From assembly GCA_030141605.1 (NCBI GenBank), contig JAQGDQ010000166.1:186001-250000 (forward strand): a stretch of DNA of 64,000 nt, in the 5' to 3' direction. The translations under genes and the position numbers were made by a program. This stretch comes from Tubiluchus corallicola. Taxonomy: Eukaryota; Animalia; Priapulida. Under the pieces are notes generated by a model, which saw only the letters and a program-made list of their open reading frames with translations, had not been told where the DNA came from and ran no database searches. Positions within the stretch are counted from its first letter, which is position 1; every line of letters starts with the position of its first letter. Below are positions 14,276 through 64,000 of the stretch, one piece after another.

Positions 14276-15026
14276 AAGCTGTCTGCAATCACACCAGGAA
14301 CCGTTACGCCAGATCTGCACGTTTCGCTTGCATTGGGCAATTTGCAAAATTCAATTTCTGGTCACACATAGACGATTCCCACAAACCTACAATCTCTTAC
14401 GACCAGTCTCTGTACATTAGCTAGGACAATGAATTGTGATTTTGGCCCACCCATGCAAGAAGAGCGTCCCAGCGCTGATGTACAACAAAATGACACAAGG
14501 ATGAGAGCAAAAGACGCCACTTCTGGTCCAGATTTTTTAAATCACAGCGGATCCAGTGACGCATTACCTGAGGGCAGATCCAGTATTTAAAACAGGGTTG
14601 ACATTAGGGAACAGCTCTAGGCGCTCATTCATAAACGCCACATGTAATTACACACCTGCTGTTATAAAATCAATCAAAGCCTCTATAATATTATACGAAA
14701 AAAATCGACTGATTTTATATTGTAAATGGATTGAATCAGAAGGAATAGATTGTTTCGTCCTGTTGCTGATGACAAACTTGGATTCCGACGCGCATCTTCA
14801 CCTGAGATGAAAAAGCAACAGTGAATTAAATGGAAGATAATGACGGGGGGAGGGCTGAATCCCACGCTGGAGTCTGTGGAACTGATTGAGCATCATCTAA
14901 GCAGGTGCGTGATAATAAACTGTTGTAAATTGTTATCAGCGTCATCGCCATGTGGTCAGAGAAAGCTTGGCTGTAAAATTACATTTCTACAGGTACTTTT
15001 ATACGAAAGTTTTCCATAAATGACTA

Positions 15027-15104
15027 AATAATAATAATAATAATAATCATCATAATAATAATAATAATAATAATCATCATAATAATAATAATAATAATAA
15101 TAAC

Positions 15105-15139
<35 letters not shown>

Positions 15140-15184
15140 CAAGAACAAGAACAATAATAATAACAACAAAATTACAACAACACC

Positions 15185-15265
<81 letters not shown>
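15027..15265. repeat. (AAT)/(AAC)/(CAC) microsatellite
   Basis: Direct reading. Confidence 0.95.
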
Positions 15266-16049
15266 TCATTTTAAAACAACAACAACGTTTTTGTTATCTT
15301 TATAAACAGTTTAATAATCGTGTCCTTTTGTATATTTGTGTCCTTTTATAATCGTGTAATTTACGACCTAATTATCAAATAAAGAAATTTTTCCTAATCT
15401 AATCTAATCTAACAGGCTTTCTAAATAATAATTACAATCCTTGAGTGACGCGAATTCGTGTTTTTAGGTAGAAAAGTTGTATCAACAACACCTACACATT
15501 GTACATGTATACAGTTAAGTTTCATTTTCCTAATACAATAAACTTGTTTATTTAATGAGACGACATTGTTTACTTTTACCCTTACATACCTTCCCTATCA
15601 ACAACAACAAAAACAACACAGCTAGTGCATTGTGCTCGAAAGAAAACAGACGCCCCGCGGGGCGACAACCAGTTATCAGGTATCCAAGTCTTGATGGGAA
15701 ATTCAGGTAGAAACACTCTAACGGCGTCCTTGAACTTACAATTAAAGAGACACGGTCAAAACTTGGCAATTGTCCATCTAGATGGAAAAAATCAAAACTT
15801 TCCCTGCAAAGTCATTTGTCCGTTGCTAGACCGGTCCTGTGAACGCTTCGAGCGATGGCAGATCCAGATTTGTGCAGCAGTAATTGACTTTGAACTACCC
15901 TATTGAAGTTATATGATAAAGATAGTGACATATGCAAAACTACCACTGTTTTCATAATAAATGAGAAAAAACACTTTTTAGGCAGGTAAAAGTTGTATAT
16001 TTTAATAAATTAATTGTTAATAATTGTTAATAATGTTTTAAAACGTGAA

Positions 16050-16140
16050 AATAATAATAATAATGATGATGATAATAATGATAATAATAATGATGATGAT
16101 GATGATGATGATGATGCTGATGATGATGATGATGATGATG

Positions 16141-16216
<76 letters not shown>

Positions 16217-16230
16217 TAATAGTAATAATA
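16050..16230. repeat. (GAT)/(AAT) microsatellite
   Basis: Direct reading. Confidence 0.95.
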
Positions 16231-16988
16231 AAAAACGTCACTAAACTTCAAAAATTTGAAAGGATGTTATAGCCAAATAAAAAATGCATATATAAGTGTT
16301 GCGCATTTATTTATTTACGTATATGTACAAATGTTACGTATGCAATACACAAAAATAAACAAAATTAAGAATATTGATTACTATTTTGTTTTTTGTTTGT
16401 TTGTTTTTGACCCGTTGATCCTGTGACATGTACATGTTTTTTATGTGTGGTGTTATTTCTTTTGTATCTAATAAATGAAATCAAATCAAAACTCAAATAT
16501 TTGTCACGTAACTCGTAATTCACAGACGCAAAAACCTCATTCTTTTTATACTTATAGCATTTGTAATTATTTTTAATATTTTTATGCTGTTTTTGACCTC
16601 TTTATATATATATATATATATTATTTGTTTTGGTTTTGGTTGAGTATTGTTAAAATGTGCTGCGCTCAATTGAGTAATGATCACTCACTCAACTGAGTCA
16701 AAATTCTCTAAGCTAATAACTCTCCTTCATTTAGTTTAAAAAGTTTTAAGAGTAAAACCAAAAATTTTCAAGTGCGGGGAAAACGTAACGAAAAAATTAA
16801 AAAATAACGATTTCATACAAGGTGCAATTTTGGACCGCCGAGTGTTTCGGGTGCATTCGAATAAGAATGGATCCGCCTCAATTGTTGTGTGTTTCTCTAC
16901 CGTGAGCAAGTCAGTCATCCTGAACTTGTAAAGATCGCTGGCAAACTTGGAGACCGCTAATTTCGGCAGCGTGCGTCAAACAGTTAAC

Positions 16989-35666
<18,678 letters not shown>

Positions 35667-35876
35667 AGCACGTGTTCTACAACAGTTTTACATATCTATA
35701 CAGTACCGGTAGAAAAACAAGATGAAGAGATTTGCCTGAAACACGAATCCTGTACATGTGAGATTTCAAAAATTCAAAAACACTTTCAAAACAACGTTTT
35801 CAGCAATACAGCAATACATCAAAAGCTAAATGAGAAAGGTGCAATCAAAGCGTTCGATTTGCGATGAAAGATGCTA

Positions 35877-36362
35877 TAGTCAACCTCGGATATAAAGGAC
35901 ACCCCGGGACTGGAAAAAACTGTTCCTTCTATCCGATATCCCTTATAGCCGAAGTAGTTAGACCGTGGGTGTATCTAGACCTGTACTTTTACCCATATTT
36001 TTATGGAAATGGCTACACATAGAGTGCAAATGCTATATAGGAAGCTCCTTCAGTGATACGAGATGTATGTGACCGTGGAAACCGAGCTGTTCGAAAGCCG
36101 AGTTTACGAAAAATTGAGATTAAAAATTGATCGATTTCGCTTTGATCATAGGGTCCCTTATATGCGAGGCAATTTATCTGGGTTTCTATTATGCGGGACC
36201 TAAAGATATTGTCCCTTATAACAAAAAGTCCCTTATATCTGAGTACCTAATATACTAAGATTTTACATAGGAAAAACGTTACGAAAAATCGGGACCAGTG
36301 ATGGTGGTCCCTTATAAGTGAATGTCCCTTATAAGCGAGTACCTTATACCCGAGGTTGACCG
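35877..36362. mobile_element. pogo/Tigger-like MITE about 210 bp after the ovo stop
   Basis: TA-flanked TIRs tAGTCAACCTCGGATATAA / TTATACCCGAGGTTGACcG; internal cccttata repeats. Confidence 0.8.
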
Positions 36363-38593
36363 TAACTATAAGATTGCACTCTTGAAAAACGAATGAAGAT
36401 TTTGAAGATGAACTAACGAAGAACAGAGATGAACTAGCAAGGACTGGATGCATTAAAAGTCTCAAGCAAATTTCACCCTGAGGAGAAATAGGACCATTTA
36501 GCGTTTTTTTTTTGGTAGATAGTGCAATATTTGTAAATATGCGAGTGGTGTGTGCAAAATATAGCACAACTAACAATACCTTACTATGAACGTTCACAAG
36601 CTGCTTGGCCTAAATAATGTAGTTACAGCAAGAAAGGTCTGTTGGATCTTTGATTTTGTCACGATGGTGAACGATAATTTTTTGTAAAGTTTCTAGTCAA
36701 CATGGTAGTTAATTATAATCACGATACAGTAAGTCCTCGCTTAACGATGCTAAAGCGTTCCAGCGAAACGCGCCGTTAAGCAAAACGCGTTAAACGAAAT
36801 CAAAACTTATATAGGAAGCAATGTAAACGAATTGAGATACGTTCTAGAGGCAAAAATGAATGCACCAATGCAACTTAAATCATATAAATTAAATGTTCTA
36901 TGAGTTGTTTACATATTTCCACTGATTAATTATTTAAAATGAAACGGTGCTTCGTGAAGTGAGAAAAACGTGTCAAATTTTCAGCATCATTAAAATGTTA
37001 CGTTGCTAAACGGGGCGTCGTTAAGTGTGAATTTATATATGTATAACGTAAACAGAATATGTATATTTGTGTACAGGCCTACTTGAAATACGAATCAATG
37101 ATACAAAAGTATGTAACTGTTGTTCACTACGGCGTAAAACATTATTATATCCAGTGTTTTTGACAGTAACGAAACGCACCATACAGTCGCCAATGAATAA
37201 CAATGTTTATCAGTAATAATAATTGATTCCTGTTGCAAATTCAAATTGATCTTCTACTAAATTAACCGGAGATGTTACCAAGGTAACAGAGCCTATTGAC
37301 ACACCGCACAATTCAATGTTTTACAAGCAGATTTTTGTGCTCGGGCAAATTTTCAGAAAAAGTGTACAATTATATGAAAATCCCATAGGAAGGTCTTCCT
37401 CAAAGCACAAGAAAACACTCTTCATAAGTAAAGATTAAAAAACATATCTTGAATTTTGTATCAATGACATGCTGTCTTATCACATGCAGAACTTGCATTA
37501 GCAGTAACACTATAAAACTTGTAAATTTAAACTCCCACGAGAAGCTTTAGGCACAGCCATTTTAACTGTAAGTCATTTAGATAACATTTGGTAAAGTTTA
37601 AAAAATAATCAACACTTTTCATTAAGCAAAAGTTTAAATTATTTTACATATATATATTGTCAATAAGATCTATATGTTTTTGATCAGCGAGTGGTGCACA
37701 CTGGGATGTTGCCAATAAGATCAATGTGTTTTTGGTGAACCAGTGGTGCACACTGGATTGTTGTCAATAAGACCAATAATGTTTTTTGGTGAACCAGTGG
37801 TGCACACTGGGATGATGATATGTTTACTAGTTGGTGCAAACATTTTAAATTACCAAGAATTTTCTTTTCCATTTACATTTGAACAAGCATGTGTAATGTG
37901 CTACTAAGTAGTATAACTTTATACAGAAAGTATTTTTGGGCTGTATTCTAAAATTGCCTTTTCTTCCCATCAAAAATTCTGCACAAGTTCCTATACACTC
38001 CAGTTTGTAGACAAAATCACTCGTTTTTTTTCTACATAGGGGTATTTTCAGTGTAAATCATTTTCGTAGATGTTGTTCTTTGCATTGTATGTTCATTGTC
38101 AAAACTAAGCATTAGTTTGAAAAATCAAACGAATAATGACACTGCACATTTTGTTATTAGTGTAACAATTTGCCCCGCATTGCCCTAACGTGTCAGTTTA
38201 TCACATGCAGGCCTAACTTATTGCAATTTGTGGAGGACTGTTAACCATTGCCAAACAAAATGATTCTGCATAGGTAATTTTTTGCCAGATAATTAAGTTA
38301 TTCATAAGTTTGTGCTCGTTTTGACCTACGTAACGGCCTAGTGGTGTAAATAGCAATTAAACTGCTATTGACTCTTAATTGCTACCCTCATTTAGTGCAT
38401 AAAAGTTGCAATGAAGTTCGCAATGAGTGTAATATTCTCAGAAAGAAATTTCATTCAATCATCTACATCGGAAGATATATAGTGAAAAAATCTTAAGTAA
38501 AAGATACAGTAAAAGCATCTTGTCTAAAATGGTTATCAGTTGTAATTTATACTATAATGTCAGACCTACCCCTGTGGCCTTGTACCTAATGTA

Positions 38594-38682
38594 AATAAAG
38601 ATTAATTTTAGTTGTCGAAAATAAAGCATATTTTTGTTCAGAAAGAAACTACATTGTTTTCTGTTGTTACTGGCTAAATAAA
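38594..38682 (+). promoter_or_regulatory. Candidate ovo polyadenylation signal cluster
   Basis: Three AATAAA (38594, 38620, 38677), the first canonical hexamers I noticed after the ovo stop; earlier ATTAAA variants exist. Confidence 0.35.
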
Positions 38683-38816
38683 GCAGCCTGAAGCTCTATA
38701 AATCAAAGCAAATCAGAATGTAGATGGATGTTTCATTGACAACAGGCAGTAATTTATCAAAAGATTATTCTCGTATTTGCAATAATGTTGACAATATTAA
38801 TTGTTTATTAGTCATG

Positions 38817-39057
38817 ATGATTAAAGTAAAACAAATGGAAATCTTATTTCAATGTTTAAGTTCTTAATAACATCAAAATAACAATATGTTACGATAATGA
38901 TTATATCCATTATTTCTAAGACTGACTCTGCTGATTAAAGTAAAACAAATGGAAATCTTATTTCAATGTTTAAGTTCTTAATAACATTACTATAACATCA
39001 GAATAACAATATGTTACAATAATGATTATATCCACTATTTCTAACACTGACTCTGCT
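38817..39057. repeat. Tandem duplication of about 115-125 bp
   Basis: tgattaaagtaaaacaaatggaaatcttatttcaatg...ctgactctgct occurs twice, nearly identical. Confidence 0.9.
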
Positions 39058-40343
39058 TTCGTGCTAAGCTGCCCTAACTACGACAGGCTCTTCCACTAGG
39101 GGTGGGCATAATCAACTGCTAGTAATTGATCAGAGAGGCAGCAAGGCGGAGGGGAGGCGACAGGGGGTAATCACCCTGGGTGCAAGAATGAGAAGGTGCA
39201 AAATTCGTCTACAGTTCAATGACTGTTAATTATTAATTACATAAATCGACATTAACAAAACAATTAACAAAAGTTTTCAAACTACAACAAAATTTCCTAG
39301 TCTACGATCATCGCAGCTGACTTAATTAATACCTACAGCCTAGAAAAAAGGCTAATGTTGTTACTTAATGGCATGTGTGGGTGTGGCTTAGCAGATCGAT
39401 AATTTTGGTAAAAACAGGGACGTTTCTCTAAATGCCGATTGTAGTATTGTGAAAACCTGTAGTGTTCTGTATCTTTCATGATGTTTACATGCTTTAATGC
39501 TGGAGCTGAATGTTTAATGACTGTTGTGTTTCGAGCAACTTTTGCACAGAAAAGATTATTCTGATGCAGTACTGCAAATTAAACTCGGTAATTCTTAGAG
39601 CAAATTCGCTTATCTTTACCCCATCATGTCAAAAAAAGGAAAGCAAGGCTCAGAGACACAAAAATGTGCACAATTTGTGACTTTGCCCATGAAAGAAATG
39701 ATTAAAATATTAAAAGGGAAGGGAAGCTAGAAGATTTTTTTGCCCCGGGTGCCACAAGCACTTACTACGCCACGGTCATCGATTATTTGCCTCCAATATC
39801 AATAGTCTCCGACATCGATTACTTTGCTAAGTAATCGAAGCTAAATCATTACTTTTGCTATAATGAATGGGTAATAATTTGAAATATAAAAATGTAAAAT
39901 TAATTTGAAATAGGTTTCAAAACAAAAAATTGCAAATGTAGACAGTCTCAAACGCAAAGCTCGTATAGCTCCACTTTTAAATATTTAGTTGTTTTAACAT
40001 CAGAGATCTTGGTCCGGGACTTCACAGACTGCGCACCTCTGTTTAGACCATAGATATGCATAGTCACATACCCCTGCTGGTAATTGGATGCCATTTACAG
40101 ATATCAATAAATGATTAGTGAATGCAATTGGTAAACACGACTGCTTGAAATCGGCAGTATCGCCTATCACTTAGTCTTCTCTTACATGTAAAATCTAAAC
40201 CTCAGAAAAATGTTCTAACAAGGCTGAACACTGTGCAAATGCAGTAAACTACGCATAACTCAAACACCTCGGCATCGTAAAATTCGTTCGAGTAATGCGA
40301 ACGTTAGATGATGTTCATAAGAACGTCGGACAATACACTACAG

Positions 40344-41372
40344 CAGGGGTGTGCAAACAGCGGCCCGCGGGCCACTTGCGGCCCCCGAGAGATCTTGTGC
40401 AGCCCGCGAAGAGGTTTGTCAACGTAATGAAAGTGCGGCCCACGCGATCCAGCTAAAGTCCGCGCCAATATGGCAAAGATAGTGCGGGTAGTTTTTTCCT
40501 CTAGAACGGATGGCATTAACCCTTACAAGACCGTTGTCACTTAATGTCACTGTCGGACATGACGAAATTTAACGTTGCTCACTTAGAACGTGCAAAAAAG
40601 TGATGTAATCACAGAACACAGCAAACTACCACGGAAGTCGCCATTCAAACACTCAAATGTGCAAGAAATGCGAGTAGCAATCTGATTGGCTGGTAAGAAG
40701 ACCAATTAGCCAATCTCTACGCTTCTATTATCGGGCCTGTTGATCTGTCCAGTCGTCTTCTTGGTCATAGCACATAGAACATTTTGACTTGGGTATTTTA
40801 CAAAACAAATTGTAAATAAAATTATAAAATAACCAAGTCAAAATGATCTAGCTACTATGACCAAGAAGACTGATCAGACCAATTTGTGAGTAGCCAGCAA
40901 GCTGGAAAAGTGTGGTCACCCCTGATATAGCGGGATTCCCAGATTTTAGTTTCAGCTTAAGCTCAGTAGTACACGCCTCAATCAGTGGCTATTTCATCGT
41001 TTTATCAGATGTAGTATTCTTATAGATCAGAAACATGGATAAGAAAAGAAGATTGAAGAAGAACAGCGAGTCAAGACAGATTAATATGCACAGTACTACA
41101 CAGACTGTGTGATACACATTACTAATATACATTGTAATGAAATTGTGTCGTGAAAGCAGAAATATATGGTTTTTAATATAAATTTTAATAACTTCTAAAA
41201 TAGTTTCTTGAGTGTAGTAGTGCAGTAGTAATGATGTGCGCAAATCGGATGCAAAAAAAAATCGTTATCAGGTCCAACTGTACTTGGCTCCTGGACCAAA
41301 CTGCATGTGGCCCACAGGAATTGCGTGAATGTTTAATGTGGCCCAGCTAGTCAGATAATTTGCACACCCCTG
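40344..41372. mobile_element. Non-autonomous hAT (Charlie-like) element
   Basis: TIRs CAGGGGTGTGCAAA / TTTGCACACCCCTG, subterminal GCGGCCC/GTGGCCC motifs, 8-bp TSD cactacag/cactactg. Confidence 0.88.
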
Positions 41373-41910
41373 CACTACTGCCTGCGAAAATGACAAACTG
41401 AGCCTTTAATCAAATATCAAACAACAATTTTTATAAATAATCAAAAATAAAATGACTGGTCCACCTCTATTGTAGTCTGAGTAGCATGGTTAATAGAATT
41501 CTGCAATAATAATATTATGATCTACATTAAACCAAGTTCATTAAACCATGTTGTGTGCAGCATTCTGCTAAGGTAATGCAGGAAATCTTAGCACTTTTGC
41601 TGAAACTAGCAGTTCAAATTGTAATGTGGTGCATCCTTTTAGGTGGGATTTCTCACTTGGGAGGTTGTTTGAGACTCGAGTATGATGTAAGTGAGATAAC
41701 TTCATTTAGATTGTTCCAGGAATTTGGTATGAGATACGCGATGATTCAAGTTACAGATTTCGAGTTATGCAACTTTTATTAAAGAGCAAAATGGAAGGGA
41801 AAATCCGTTGATGTCCACAAGATCTGTTCGAGATACGTAGTAGCTTACCGTATACACATTCAACTCCTTCTTATCAGCAAGAATAAATGTATCTCTAAAG
41901 TCTCTTCTAA

Positions 41911-63042
<21,132 letters not shown>

Positions 63043-63556
63043 GATGCAAAACTAATTTTTGGTATTTTCAAAGCAAAAAAATCATTATTAATGAGTTTTT
63101 ACCGCCGGCGATTGATTGCTGCAAGCAATACGGGAAACCTTGAAGATCCTTCAAAATACGGGTTTTGGAATAAATTGCCCTATTCCTAAAAATTGAAAGA
63201 AAACGTTTTCTTTGGTGGTTTCTTGTAGTGTTTGGTCCAAAGAATAACATATCCAAAGTAGGCCAAAATTTGAATACCCAAAAGGGTCTCATTATGGCCT
63301 CCAAAAAAGATGGCATTCATTTGACCATTACGAAAATGAATTATTGGTATTAAGTATTAGAATGGTAGAAATGTTCATTTTGACTCAAAAGCACGAAACT
63401 TTGCATATCACTAGAACCCAATAAAGTGATTAGTTTTGGTTATCAAGTCAATCAAAATTCATCCAATATAGCCACCACATTCAAGATAGGTGATAAGAAG
63501 TGAGGACTACGGTGATGATTGATAATCCTTTCTGTCCCCCTTTATCTCTCTTTCTC

Positions 63557-63604
<48 letters not shown>

Positions 63605-64000
63605 ATCTCCTCTTTTCCCACTTTTCTTTCTTCACGTCCATTTCCCTATTAAATGCCAAAAACCAAGTGACATTAAAATAGCGTAGACTCTCTTCAGCAA
63701 ATCTAACTGTGTTTGCACACACCGTTTTCCTATCAGATAAGTGAGACTGTGTCACATGAGTACTAAGTCGTATATGGGTTGTCATTGTTAGTGGCATTTT
63801 GGGTAAGGAAAACAACAGCCTTGACGTTTTGACATCTTCATGTTGCAACTAGTCTCCCAAAGCAAGAAGGCCATAATGCAATTGATTGATATCATTCCTT
63901 GCCTAAACTATGGGATGTACTGTAGCACGGTGAGCTATATTGTAGAAAAGACAACAATCAGGCTGCCCGGAACGAATCAACTTGGCAGCCAGTGCTAAGT

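Noticed and set aside
16947-16988. In-frame TTG extension upstream of the ovo ATG
   Set aside because: SNAG function needs the motif at the extreme N-terminus; the ORF track simply allows alternative starts.

Overview
AT-rich, microsatellite- and transposon-rich invertebrate animal genomic DNA; no prokaryotic features or CRISPR arrays. Two convergent spliced genes can be rebuilt exon by exon with consistent reading phase. (1) An ovo/shavenbaby (OVOL-family) transcription factor on + (5 coding exons, 16989-35666, 404 aa) with a SNAG N-terminus, the NGGHGIKNPL motif and four C2H2 fingers. (2) The mitochondrial ankyrin-AAA+ disaggregase CLPB/SKD3 on - (15 coding exons, 63042-41911, 623 aa), whose intron 2 needs a GC donor. 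The rest is non-autonomous DNA transposons (TTAA-flanked Kolobok-like and piggyBac-like, TA-flanked pogo/Tigger-like, a hAT nested in another MITE), LINE 3' relics, four minisatellites and many microsatellites. Most notable: an inverted pair of Penelope-type minimal hammerhead ribozymes upstream of ovo; a 104-bp satellite apparently built from a Tigger-like terminus; inverted MITEs bracketing an in-frame CLPB exon block carrying Walker A and B (circRNA candidate); and an LTR-like/PBS(Phe) element bracketed by outward-facing tRNA-like Pol III heads. All calls were made by eye without database searches. Nearly all long ORFs in the supplied track are repeat artefacts.
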